32,000 nt of DNA from Propionibacterium ruminifibrarum (GCF_900289195.1 NZ_OMOH01000006.1:1-32000), one strand, 5' to 3'; positions 7,102-15,634 are shown, counted from the first letter of the stretch. The notes: generated from the sequence alone by a model not told the origin. Made by a program: numbers and translations.

Positions 7102-9870
7102 TCAGTGCGCGGCGTCGTTCCAGCTGCGGCCGTAGCCGAAGGAGACCGACAGCGGCACCTTCAGCTCGACGGCATGGGTCATCGCATCGGCGACGATGTC
7201 CTGAACCTGCTCGCGTTCGCCGGGAGCGACCTCGAGGACGAGTTCGTCGTGGATCTGCAGCAGCATGCGGCTGGACAGCCCGGCCCGGGCCAGGGCCTGC
7301 TCCACCGCGAGCATGGCCACCTTGATGATGTCGGCGGCCGTGCCCTGGATGGGCGCGTTGAGGGCCATCCGCTCGGCCATCTCGCGGCGCTGGCGGTTGG
7401 CCGAGTTGAGGTCGGGCAGGTAGCGGCGGCGCCCCATCATCGTCTGCGTGTACCCCTGCTTGCGGGCCTGGACGACGATGTCGGCCAGGTAGTCGCGCAC
7501 GGCTCCGAAGGTCTTGAAGTACTCCTCCATGAGCTCCCTGGCCGTGGGCACGGGGACACCGAGACGGCTCGACAGTCCGTAGGCCGACAGCCCGTAGGCC
7601 AGGCCGTAGTTCATCTGCTTGACGCTGGAGCGCTGGTCGGGGGTGATCGACTCGACCGGAACGCCGAAGACGTGGGAGGCGGTGACCGTGTGGAAGTCGA
7701 TGCCCGAGGCGAAGGCCTCGATGAGCGCCTCGTCCCCCGAGGCGTCGGCCATGACGCGCATCTCGATCTGGGAGTAGTCGGCGCTCATCAGCCCCTCGTA
7801 GCCCTTGGCCGCGACGAACCCGTCGCGGATGCGCCGGCCCTCGGGGGTGCGGATCGGGATGTTCTGCAGGTTCGGCTCGGTGCTCGACAGCCGGCCGGTG
7901 CCGGCGACCGTCTGCAGGTAGGTGGTGTGGATGCGGCCGTCGTCACCGACCGACTTCGCCAGGGCGTCGACGATCTGGCGCAGCTTGATGGAGTCGCGGT
8001 GGGCCAGCAGGTGCTTGAGGAAGGGGTGCCCGGTCTTGAGGTACAGGCTCTCGAGCGCGGCGGCGTCGGTCGTGTAGCCGCTCTTGGTGCGCTTGGTCCT
8101 GGGCATGTTGAGCTGGTCGAAGAGGACGCCCTGCAGCTGTTTCGGTGATCCCAGGTTGATCTCACGGCCGATGACCTCGAAGGCCGCCGCCTGGGCGGCC
8201 TGCACCGTGGCGTCGAACTCGTCGTGCAGGTCGGCGAAGACGCCCTCGTCGACCCCGATGCCGCGCCGCTCCATGGCGGCCAGTACCTTCTGGAGCGGCA
8301 TCTCGAGCTCACGCAGCAGGCCGAGCTGATCGGTCTCCTCGAGTGCCTTGTCGAGGGCGGGTGCGAGCTGCCCGACGGCCCGGGCCCGCACCATGGCCGC
8401 CGTCCCGGCCCGCTCGTCGGGGTCGTCCCCGAAGTCAAGGGTCTCCTGGGCCTGTTCCGGCGCCCCGTCACCGGTGTCGAGGGTGAGCCCGAGGTGGCGT
8501 CCCACGAGTTCTTCGAGTTCGTAGCGCCGCTGGTCCGGACGCAGGAGATAGGCGGCGAGCTGGGTGTCGCTGACGAGTCCGGCCAGTTCGAGTCCGCGCG
8601 CGCTCATGGCCTGCATCGGCCCCTTCGCGTCATGCATGACCTTGGTCGCGCTCGGATCGGCCAGCCACGCCGCCAGCGCGTTGTCGTCGTCGGCGCTCAG
8701 CGAGCCGAGGTCGAGCCGGGCGGCCTCGCCGTCGGACGCCGCGAGGGCCAGGTGACTCACGTCACCGGTGCCCGCGCCCCAGTGGCCGGAGGCCTCGACG
8801 CCGGTACCGACCCGGGCGTGCTCGGCGAGCCAGCCGCCGAGCGCACCGGGCTCGGGCGTCACGGGTGTGATCGTGACCGAATCGGCGTCGGCCGGGGCGT
8901 CCGGCTCATCGGTGGCGAACACCCGGTCGCGCAGCCCCCTGAACTCGAGGGCGTCGAACAGTTCGTTGACGGCTTCGCGGTCGATCGGTCTCCTGGCCAG
9001 CCCCTCGGCGGCGGTCTCGAGGGGGAGGTCACGGACCAGGCCGTTGAGGCGCCGGTTGCGCCGCACGTCGTCGAGGTGCTCGCGGAAACTCTGGCCCGCC
9101 TTGCCCTTGATCTGCTCGGCGTTGCCGATGAGTTCGTCGAGCCCGCCGTAGGCGCTCAGCCACTTCGCCGCCGTCTTGGGGCCGACACCGGGGACGCCGG
9201 GCAGGTTGTCGCTCGTCTCACCGACCAGGGCGGCCAGTTCGGGATACCGCTGCGGCGGCACACCGTACTTGGCCTCGATGGCGGCCGCGTCCATGCGCAC
9301 CAGGTCGGAGACGCCCTTGCGGGGGTAGAGCACCGTCGTGTTGGAGTCGACGAGCTGGAAGGCGTCGCGGTCGCCCGAGACCACCAGCGACTCCCAGCCG
9401 AGTTCGTCGCCCTGCTGCGTCCAGGTGGCCAGGATGTCGTCGCCCTCGTAGCCGGTGAGGCTGGCGTGGACGATGCCCATGGCGTCGAGCACCTGTTCGA
9501 TCAGCTGGATCTGGCCCGCGAACTCGGGCGGGGTGGCCGATCGGGTCGCCTTGTACTCGGGGTAGGCCTCGGAGCGGAAGGTGCCGCCGGACAGGTCGAA
9601 GGTGACGCCCACATGCGTGGGCCTCTCGTCCCGCAGCAGGTTGACGAGCATCGACGTGAAGCCGTACACGGCGTTGGTGTGCTGGCCGGTGGACGTCGAG
9701 AAGTTCTCGGCCGGGAGGGCGTAGAAGGCGCGGAAGGCCATGGAGTGGCCGTCGATGAGCAGCAGTCGTGGACGATCGTTCACGCCCACGAGCCTAGGCG
9801 CTCCGACCGGCGGTTTCATCCGGACCGGCCCAGAGCCGGCTGTGGAGGGGCCTCGGCGCGGCCCCGCCAT
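7102..9870 (-). CDS. polA: DNA polymerase I
   Basis: 922-aa ORF. It has the 5-prime nuclease N-terminus (LLLIDGHSMAFRAFYALP, GVPGVGPKTA) and polymerase motifs A (SADYSQIEMRVMA), B (RSSVKQMNYGLAYGLS) and C (LQIHDELVLE). The start is ambiguous: ATG 9870, ATG 9819 and GTG 9783 are all in frame. Confidence 0.97.
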   Translation of the reverse strand: MAGPRRGPSTAGSGPVRMKPPVGAPRLVGVNDRPRLLLIDGHSMAFRAFYALPAENFSTSTGQHTNAVYGFTSMLVNLLRDERPTHVGVTFDLSGGTFRSEAYPEYKATRSATPPEFAGQIQLIEQVLDAMGIVHASLTGYEGDDILATWTQQGDELGWESLVVSGDRDAFQLVDSNTTVLYPRKGVSDLVRMDAAAIEAKYGVPPQRYPELAALVGETSDNLPGVPGVGPKTAAKWLSAYGGLDELIGNAEQIKGKAGQSFREHLDDVRRNRRLNGLVRDLPLETAAEGLARRPIDREAVNELFDALEFRGLRDRVFATDEPDAPADADSVTITPVTPEPGALGGWLAEHARVGTGVEASGHWGAGTGDVSHLALAASDGEAARLDLGSLSADDDNALAAWLADPSATKVMHDAKGPMQAMSARGLELAGLVSDTQLAAYLLRPDQRRYELEELVGRHLGLTLDTGDGAPEQAQETLDFGDDPDERAGTAAMVRARAVGQLAPALDKALEETDQLGLLRELEMPLQKVLAAMERRGIGVDEGVFADLHDEFDATVQAAQAAAFEVIGREINLGSPKQLQGVLFDQLNMPRTKRTKSGYTTDAAALESLYLKTGHPFLKHLLAHRDSIKLRQIVDALAKSVGDDGRIHTTYLQTVAGTGRLSSTEPNLQNIPIRTPEGRRIRDGFVAAKGYEGLMSADYSQIEMRVMADASGDEALIEAFASGIDFHTVTASHVFGVPVESITPDQRSSVKQMNYGLAYGLSAYGLSSRLGVPVPTARELMEEYFKTFGAVRDYLADIVVQARKQGYTQTMMGRRRYLPDLNSANRQRREMAERMALNAPIQGTAADIIKVAMLAVEQALARAGLSSRMLLQIHDELVLEVAPGEREQVQDIVADAMTHAVELKVPLSVSFGYGRSWNDAAH

Positions 9871-9879
9871 TGGTCCTGG

Positions 9880-10494
9880 TCAGTTCTTCTTGGCCTTGTT
9901 GTGGTCGACGACGCCCTCCGCGACCTCGCGCATCGACTTGCGCAGGTCCATGGCGGTCTTCTGGATCCAGCGGAAGGCCTCCGGTTCGCTCATGCCGAGG
10001 CTCTCCTGCAGGATGCCCTTCGCCTGGTCGATGATCTTGCGGGAGGCGAGCCGGTCCTCGAGCGAGGAGACCTCCTCGTCGAGGGCGACGATCTCGGCGA
10101 ACCGCGCGAGGGCGATCTCGATGGCGGGGACGACGTCTGAGGCGTCGAAGGGCTTGACGACGTAGGCCATCGCACCGGCCTCGCGGGCCTTCTCGATCAG
10201 CTCGCGCTGACTGAAGGCGGTGAGCATGACGCAGGCGGCGATGCGGTCGCCGGCGATCTGCTCGGCAGCGGTGATGCCGTCCATGACGGGCATGTTGACG
10301 TCGAGCACGACGACATCGGGTTTGAGTTCACGAGCCTGGTCGACCGCAGCCTGCCCGTCACCGACCTGGCCGACGACCTCGTAACCCTGTTCGGTGAGGA
10401 GTTCGACCAGATCGAGCCGGATGAGCGCCTCATCCTCCGCGACGAGGACGCGAGGCTTCGCGTCGGTTGCTGTACTGTCGGTCTTCTTTGCCAC
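9880..10494 (-). CDS. pdtaR: ANTAR-domain response regulator (PdtaR-like)
   Basis: 204 aa. It has a receiver domain (RVLVAEDE, phospho-acceptor context VVVLDVNMP, KP in VVKPF) followed by a coiled linker and ANTAR (RKIIDQAKGILQESLGMSEPEAFRWIQKTAMD). GTG start, with AGGAGC 7 nt upstream. The pdtaR-polA-rpsA-coaE synteny matches that of mycobacteria. Confidence 0.9.
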   Translation of the reverse strand: MAKKTDSTATDAKPRVLVAEDEALIRLDLVELLTEQGYEVVGQVGDGQAAVDQARELKPDVVVLDVNMPVMDGITAAEQIAGDRIAACVMLTAFSQRELIEKAREAGAMAYVVKPFDASDVVPAIEIALARFAEIVALDEEVSSLEDRLASRKIIDQAKGILQESLGMSEPEAFRWIQKTAMDLRKSMREVAEGVVDHNKAKKN

Positions 10495-10683
10495 TATCTC
10501 TGCTCCTGTCCTGGCTCGTGATTCCTGCCCCAGCAGCGGAAACGGACAGAGCTGTCAGGGACGACACTGCCCACGCCGACCTGAGCATAGCGCTGTGAGA
10601 CCTGTTGCGGGGTGTTGCATGAAATTGTTCTCAACCACCCGATGTGCTCGTGCACTAGGCGTGTGACACAATGGTCGGCGCCT

Positions 10684-10769
10684 GCCCGAGTGGCGGAATG
10701 GTAGACGCGGCGCACTCAAAATGCGCTGCCCGCGAGGGCGTAGGGGTTCAAGTCCCCTCTCGGGTACCA
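10684..10769 (+). tRNA. tRNA-Leu (anticodon CAA), class II with long variable arm, encoded CCA
   Basis: Folded by hand. Acceptor GCCCGAG/CTCGGGT (G1:U72). D arm GCG-GAATGGTAGA-CGC. Anticodon stem GCGCA/TGCGC with loop CTCAAAA. Variable arm GCCC-GCGA-GGGC. T arm AGGGG-TTCAAGT-CCCCT. Discriminator A plus CCA. Confidence 0.95.
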
Positions 10770-10856
10770 GCAGGCGAGTGTCGACTGCCCGCCGCTTCGC
10801 TGTCGCCTCGGCCATCACCGGTTCACCGTGTTCGCGTGCCGGACCCTCCCGGGACC

Positions 10857-10892
10857 GGCGAGGGGGCGGGAATCGATTCCCGCCCCCTCGCC
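10857..10892. terminator. perfect 36-nt palindrome, putative bidirectional terminator between tRNA-Leu (+) and pyk (-)
   Basis: GGCGAGGGGGCGGGAATCGATTCCCGCCCCCTCGCC. Every position pairs, giving a stem of about 16 bp with a TCGA centre. It lies 88 nt after the tRNA 3-prime end and 35 nt after the pyk stop. There is no U-tract on either strand. Confidence 0.6.
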
Positions 10893-10926
10893 CCTGGTGG
10901 ACCATTCACCGAAGGTGCAGCCGGTT

Positions 10927-12387
10927 TCACACGGCGTTCTCCATGTACGGCGGCAGCTCGACGGGCTCGACCCAGTTGATGTCCTTGAGACGGTGGACAC
11001 GCATCGTGTTCGTCTTGCCCTTGATACCCATGGGGGCGCCGCAGACCAGGACGACGACGTCGCCCTCCTCGGCCAGCTTCAGCTCCTGGAGCAGGCGGTT
11101 CACCGCGGTGACCATCTCCTCATTGGAGCCGTAGCTCGGGGTCTGGATGACGCGGGCGCCCCAGCAGAGAGTCAGCCAGCGCGCCGTCTTCTCGTCGGGG
11201 GTGAAGGCGAGCAGCGGGATGTCCGAGCGCAACCGTGACATGCGGCTCGCGGTGTCACCCGATTGGGTGAAGGCGATGAGATACTTCGCGCCGAGCTGAC
11301 GGCCCGACGTGGCGGCCGCCATCGCGATGACGCCACCCGTGGTGTGCGGGTCCCATTCGATCTTCGCGATGCTCTCGAAACCCTGCTTCTCGGTGTTCTC
11401 GACGATGTTGGCCATCGTCTGGACGGTGATGACCGGGAAGGCGCCCACCGAGGTCTCGCCGGAGAGCATGACGGCGTCTGCGCCGTCGAGGACGGCGTTG
11501 GCGACGTCGGAGGCCTCCGCGCGGGTCGGGCGCGGATTCGAGATCATCGAGTCGAGCATCTGGGTGGCGACGATGACCGGCTTGGCCCACATGCGCGCCT
11601 TCTGGATGATCGTCTTCTGCACCAGCGGGACCTGCTCGAGCGGCATCTCGACGCCGAGATCACCGCGGGCGACCATGAAGCCGTCGAAGGCGTCGATGAT
11701 CTCGTCGAGGTTCTCGATGGCCTGCGGCTTCTCGAGTTTGGCGATGACGGGTACGTGCACGCCCTCCTCGTCCATGATCTCGTGAACGCGGTTGACGTCG
11801 GCCGCGCGGCGCACGAACGACAGGGCGATCATGTCGAAGTCGTTGCGCAGCGCCCAGCGCAGGTCCTGCTCGTCCTTCTCGGACATGGCCGGCACGTTGA
11901 CGGCGACGCCGGGCAGGTTGATGCCCTTGTGGTTCGAGACGGGGCCGGCGACGGTCACCCTGGTGACGACGTCGTTGCCCTTGACCTCGATGGCCTCGAG
12001 ACCGATGTTCCCGTCATCGATGAGAATGCGGTCCCCGGGCTTCACGTCACCGGGCAGACCCTTGTAGGTGGTGGAGGCGCGGTTGGCGTCCCCGAGGACG
12101 TCATCGGTGGTGATGGTGAAGGTCTGTCCGTGAGTCAGTTCGACCTTGCCCTCGGCGAAGACGCCGAGACGGATCTTGGGGCCCTGCAGGTCGGCGAGCA
12201 GGCCGACGGTCTTGCCGACGGCCTCGGACGCGGCACGGGTCTCGGCCAGCCGACGAGCATGTTCGTCATGGTCGCCGTGGCTCATGTTGAAGCGGGCGAC
12301 GTCGAGGCCCGCACGGATGATCTCTTCCATTCGCTCCTGGGTCGACGTCGCCGGCCCGAGGGTACAGACAATCTTCGCTCTTCGCAC
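10927..12387 (-). CDS. pyk: pyruvate kinase
   Basis: Motifs: RRAKIVCTLGPAT, FMVARGDLGVEMP and MLSGETSVG. The ORF track extends to ATG 12465. I prefer GTG 12387 (VRRAKIVCTLGP, the usual Pyk N-terminus), which has GGAGG just upstream. Confidence 0.95.
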   Translation of the reverse strand: MRRAKIVCTLGPATSTQERMEEIIRAGLDVARFNMSHGDHDEHARRLAETRAASEAVGKTVGLLADLQGPKIRLGVFAEGKVELTHGQTFTITTDDVLGDANRASTTYKGLPGDVKPGDRILIDDGNIGLEAIEVKGNDVVTRVTVAGPVSNHKGINLPGVAVNVPAMSEKDEQDLRWALRNDFDMIALSFVRRAADVNRVHEIMDEEGVHVPVIAKLEKPQAIENLDEIIDAFDGFMVARGDLGVEMPLEQVPLVQKTIIQKARMWAKPVIVATQMLDSMISNPRPTRAEASDVANAVLDGADAVMLSGETSVGAFPVITVQTMANIVENTEKQGFESIAKIEWDPHTTGGVIAMAAATSGRQLGAKYLIAFTQSGDTASRMSRLRSDIPLLAFTPDEKTARWLTLCWGARVIQTPSYGSNEEMVTAVNRLLQELKLAEEGDVVVLVCGAPMGIKGKTNTMRVHRLKDINWVEPVELPPYMENAV

Positions 12388-12492
12388 GGCCTCCAGCCTA
12401 GCTGAAGCCCCCGGCTCCGGCGCCTGGATGCATCGTCGAGTACCCCGGTTGCACCGATGTGTCACCGCCGACCGCGCGACCCGGTCAACCGC

Positions 12493-13404
12493 TCAGTCCC
12501 GCAGCAGCTCGAGAGCGCGGGTCAAGTCGGGCGGCGGCTCCGACTCGAAGTGCACGTACTCCCCCGATCCGGGGTGGACGAAACCGAGCTCTGCGGCGTG
12601 CAGCCACTGACGATCGAGACCGAGCCGGGCCGCCAGCTTCGGGTCCGAGCCGTACAACGGGTCGCCGACGCAGGGATGGTGCAGGGCGGCGAAGTGCACG
12701 CGGATCTGGTGGGTCCGCCCCGTCTCGAGGTGGACGCGGACCAGGCAGGCCGACCTCATCATCTCGATCACCTCGTAGTGCGTGATCGAGGGCCGCCCGT
12801 CGGCGGTGACCGCGAACTTCCACTCCGAACCGGGATGCCGGCCGATCGGGGCGTCGATGGTCCCCTCGAGGGGGTCGAGGTGGCCCTGGACGAGCGCGAG
12901 GTAGACCTTGTCGACGGTGCGGTCGCGGAAGGCGCGTTTGAGCATCGTGTAGGCGTGCTCGGACTTGGCGACGACCATGAGGCCGCTCGTGCCGACATCG
13001 AGACGATGGACGATGCCCTGGCGCTCGGGGGCGCCCGACGTGGTGATCCGGAAACCCGCCCCGGCAAGGCCGCTGACGACGTCGGGTCCGTCCCAGCCGA
13101 GTGAGGGATGGGCGGCCACGGCGGCCGGTTTGTCGACGACGACGATGTCCGGGTCGTCGTACACGATCGACATGTCGTCGATGCGCACGGGCCTGACGCC
13201 GGACCGGCGCTCGGCCAGGTCGATGTCGAACACCTGTCCGGGGCTCACGCGTTGGGAGGCCTTCGTCACGAGGGCACCGTCGAGCAGCACCTTGCCCTCG
13301 GCGATGAGCGCGGCCAGACGCGAACGGGTGAGTCCGGTCATCCGGGCTGCGGCGACATCGGCACGTTCACCGGCCAGGCCGTCGGGAACGAGCAGGACGC
13401 TCAC
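12493..13404 (-). CDS. rluD: RluA-family 23S rRNA pseudouridine synthase (RluD-like)
   Basis: It has an S4-like N-terminal domain and the catalytic motif [17 protein letters not shown]. The track ORF extends to 13542 through an Arg/Gly-rich stretch. I prefer GTG 13404, which forms a GTGA overlap with the lspA stop and has GGAGGAGGG upstream. Confidence 0.9.
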   Translation of the reverse strand: MSVLLVPDGLAGERADVAAARMTGLTRSRLAALIAEGKVLLDGALVTKASQRVSPGQVFDIDLAERRSGVRPVRIDDMSIVYDDPDIVVVDKPAAVAAHPSLGWDGPDVVSGLAGAGFRITTSGAPERQGIVHRLDVGTSGLMVVAKSEHAYTMLKRAFRDRTVDKVYLALVQGHLDPLEGTIDAPIGRHPGSEWKFAVTADGRPSITHYEVIEMMRSACLVRVHLETGRTHQIRVHFAALHHPCVGDPLYGSDPKLAARLGLDRQWLHAAELGFVHPGSGEYVHFESEPPPDLTRALELLRD

Positions 13405-13970
13405 GAGCCCTCCTCCGCCGTGCCGGAGGCCCCGCCGGTACGGGCGAGGTCCACCGCGTCGGCCCTCTTGACGGCCCTCTCCACGGCGCGGTCGGAGCGC
13501 ACGGCCCACCAGATGAAGAGGATCGCGGCGCTGGTGATGCACACATCGGCGACGTTGAACACCGCGAAGTAGCGCACGGCGATGAAGTCGACGACGGTGC
13601 CGCGCATCGGCCCGGGCTCGCGGAGGAGGCGATCGAGCAGGTTGCCGGCAATGCCGGCCGCGATGAGTCCGGAGGCCAAGCTGGTCAGCCGGCCGCGGGC
13701 GCGCGGGAAGACCCAGACGAGCACGAAGGCGAGTGCGATGATCGACAGGCAGCTGAGGCCGATCGTGAACGAGGTGCCCATCGAGAAGGCGGCGCCCGAG
13801 TTGTAGACCACGTGCAGGCTCAGCCAGCCGGGGATGATCTGGTGGTCGTGCGAGGACAGGGCGTGCAGCGCCCAGTGCTTCGTCACCCGGTCGAGAACGA
13901 GGCCGAGGACGGCGACGGTGACCATGACCGCGCGCGTCGCTCTCAGCCGCGGATGCGCGCGGCGGGACAT
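13401..13970 (-). CDS. lspA: lipoprotein signal peptidase (signal peptidase II)
   Basis: It has four hydrophobic segments and the conserved blocks [11 protein letters not shown] and VVDFIAV...FNVADV. The start could be ATG 13970, just downstream of the upstream gene's stop codon, or GTG 14012, which would overlap that gene by 35 nt. Confidence 0.9.
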   Translation of the reverse strand: MSRRAHPRLRATRAVMVTVAVLGLVLDRVTKHWALHALSSHDHQIIPGWLSLHVVYNSGAAFSMGTSFTIGLSCLSIIALAFVLVWVFPRARGRLTSLASGLIAAGIAGNLLDRLLREPGPMRGTVVDFIAVRYFAVFNVADVCITSAAILFIWWAVRSDRAVERAVKRADAVDLARTGGASGTAEEGS

Positions 13971-13977
13971 CACAGGG

Positions 13978-14415
13978 TCAGCGCCTCTCGGCGCGCTGCT
14001 TGCACGAGACACACATGGTGGCCTTGGGGAACACCTCCATGCGCGCCTTGCCGATCGGGTTGCCGCAGTTCTCGCAGACGCCGAACTGGCCGGCCTCGAG
14101 ACGGCGCAGCGCTGCCTCGTTCTGCTCCAGCAGGGTGCGGGTGTTCGCGTTCATGCTGAGTTCCTGGTCGCGCTCGAAGTTCGTGGAGCTGACGTCCCCC
14201 GGATCCTTGCCCGAGGTGTCGCTGCTCTCGCCCATCAGCTGTTCGAGTTCGGCGTCCGAGGCCTCGACGGCCCGGCGCATGCGTTCGATCTCGGCGATGA
14301 GATCTGCACGCACCTCGATCACTTCTTCCGCGGTCCACGCCTCCTCGCCGTCCAGGACGGGCAGTGCGACAGCGATCTGCTGCGCCGCTGCCACGGACAA
14401 ACCATTAGTCGTCAT
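13978..14415 (-). CDS. TraR/DksA-family C4 zinc-finger protein
   Basis: 145 aa. It has a coiled-coil N-terminal part and a C-terminal CENCGNPIGKARMEVFPKATMCVSC (CxxC-x17-CxxC). GGAGGA lies 7 nt upstream of the ATG. The traR-lspA-rluD order is conserved in Actinomycetota. Confidence 0.85.
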   Translation of the reverse strand: MTTNGLSVAAAQQIAVALPVLDGEEAWTAEEVIEVRADLIAEIERMRRAVEASDAELEQLMGESSDTSGKDPGDVSSTNFERDQELSMNANTRTLLEQNEAALRRLEAGQFGVCENCGNPIGKARMEVFPKATMCVSCKQRAERR

Positions 14416-14465
14416 CGTTCAACTTCCTCCAGACGGTGACCACCTCGTAGAGGGACCATACACCA

Positions 14466-14499
14466 GCGGCCGATGATGGCCCATACCATCATCGGCCGC
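14466..14499 (-). terminator. putative divIVA terminator hairpin
   Basis: GCGGCCGATGATGG-CCCATA-CCATCATCGGCCGC, a perfect 14-bp stem with a 6-nt loop. It lies 34 nt downstream of the divIVA stop and upstream of the TraR-like gene start. Confidence 0.6.
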
Positions 14500-14532
14500 G
14501 GTGGCAGTCTGATCGTGCTGCTCAGCCCTGTC

Positions 14533-15510
14533 TCAGTCCTCCTGATTGCCCAGGAGAGCGTCGAGGCGAGGGGTCTGGCCGCCTGCGGTGGGCCGCAGGG
14601 AGAGGCTGCGCAGGCTTTCGAGGTGGCGCTGGATCTGCCCCTCGATGTTGCTGCGGTACTCCGACTCGAAGCCGCGCAGCTGGCTCACCGAGGCGGTGAG
14701 ATTGTCCCGCTCCGCCTCGAGGGCGCTCAACAGCTCCGTACGCTTGCTGGCGACCTCGCCGTCCAGGGCGTCGGCGCGCTGCTGGGCCTCGTCCGTGACC
14801 CTCTTGGCGTTCTCCTGCGCTTCGGCGGTGACACGGTCGGCGGTGTTCCGGGCCTCGTAGTCGAGCCGGGCCGCCTTCTGGGTGGCCTCCTCGACGAGCT
14901 GGTCGGCCTGGACCCGGGCATCGGATCGGATCCTCTCGGCCTCGCTCTCGGCGCTGGACTGCACCTCGGCGGCCTTCCGGTTGGCCTCCTCGACGAGCTG
15001 GTCGGCCTCGCGGGTGCTCATCTCGAGCAGCCGGGCGGCCCACGGGCCGGCCTCCTCGGCGGTGGTGACGACGATGTGCTGCGGTTCGCCGCTGACAGCG
15101 GGCTGAACGCTCGTCGCGGTCGCCGCGTTCTGGGCGTCCTGCAGCTGGGACTGCAACTCGGCGATCCGCGCGCGCAGCTGCTCGTTCTCGCCGGAGAGCT
15201 GCGCAGCCGCGGCGGAGCCCTGGTCCGAGGACGAGCGCAGATCGTTCAGCTGGGCGCGCAGCTGCTCGTTCTCCTGACCGAGGCTGGCGACCTGGCTGTT
15301 GAGCTGTTCGACCTGCTGGCCGAGCTTGGCGTTCTCCTCGCCGGAGCCGGCATTCGCCTTGAGCTTCTCGTTCTCGTTGACCAGATCTGCATAGCTGATC
15401 TCGAGTTCGTCCATGAACTTGTCGACAGAGCTGGCGCGGTAGCCGTCCTCATTGGGCTTGCGGGCCATGGGGAAACGGATACTGCGAACCTCGTCAAGGG
15501 ACAGCGTCAT
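14533..15510 (-). CDS. divIVA: DivIVA/Wag31 polar growth and division protein
   Basis: The N-terminal DivIVA domain MTLSLDEVRSIRFPMARKPNEDGYRASSVDKFMDEL is followed by a long coiled coil. The track ORF extends to 15615. ATG 15510 with an upstream GGAGC matches DivIVA N-termini. Confidence 0.92.
   Translation of the reverse strand: MTLSLDEVRSIRFPMARKPNEDGYRASSVDKFMDELEISYADLVNENEKLKANAGSGEENAKLGQQVEQLNSQVASLGQENEQLRAQLNDLRSSSDQGSAAAAQLSGENEQLRARIAELQSQLQDAQNAATATSVQPAVSGEPQHIVVTTAEEAGPWAARLLEMSTREADQLVEEANRKAAEVQSSAESEAERIRSDARVQADQLVEEATQKAARLDYEARNTADRVTAEAQENAKRVTDEAQQRADALDGEVASKRTELLSALEAERDNLTASVSQLRGFESEYRSNIEGQIQRHLESLRSLSLRPTAGGQTPRLDALLGNQED
14883..15008 (-). repeat. 27-nt perfect direct repeat inside divIVA (copies 14883-14909 and 14982-15008)
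   Basis: TGGCCTCCTCGACGAGCTGGTCGGCCT occurs twice, 99 nt (33 codons) apart and in frame. Both copies encode ADQLVEEA. Confidence 0.9.
15170..15273 (-). repeat. 20-nt perfect direct repeat inside divIVA (copies 15170-15189 and 15254-15273)
   Basis: GCGCGCAGCTGCTCGTTCTC occurs twice, 84 nt (28 codons) apart and in frame. Both copies encode ENEQLRA. Confidence 0.9.
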
Positions 15511-15613
15511 CTGTGCGCTCCAAACCTCGATATTGATTCCAAATCCTGCCCGCAACTGCGGGGACAGCCCCGAGGCTACCCTGCTTGCCCCAAACAGGTG
15601 CAGTCGGACACTC

Positions 15614-15634
15614 AAAACTCAACTTCGGGTTGAG
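15614..15634 (-). terminator. short hairpin plus T-run immediately after yggT
   Basis: The minus strand reads CTCAAC-CCGAA-GTTGAG followed by TTTTGAG. This is a 6-bp stem starting 4 nt after the yggT stop, with a U-tract. The stem is short, so termination is probably weak or partial. Confidence 0.4.

Noticed and set aside
8224-10140. 638-aa plus-strand ORF antisense to polA and pdtaR
   Set aside because: Same artefact. It spans two unrelated genes and an intergenic gap and has low-complexity G/R/V/A/E composition.
10615-10683. Promoter for tRNA-Leu (TGA-CACAAT extended -10 at about 10664-10672)
   Set aside because: The position is plausible, about 10 nt before the mature 5-prime end. However, the hexamer is weak and no convincing -35 is present, so it is too speculative to list as a feature.
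10684-10926. tRNA-Leu as an integration hotspot with a downstream island
   Set aside because: Only 157 bp separate the tRNA from pyk. There is no integrase and I saw no duplicated copy of the tRNA 3-prime end in the window.
12388-12492. TTGACC hexamer (12483-12488, minus strand) as the -35 of a pyk promoter
   Set aside because: No acceptable TANNNT -10 hexamer lies 16-19 nt downstream, so I could not support a promoter call.
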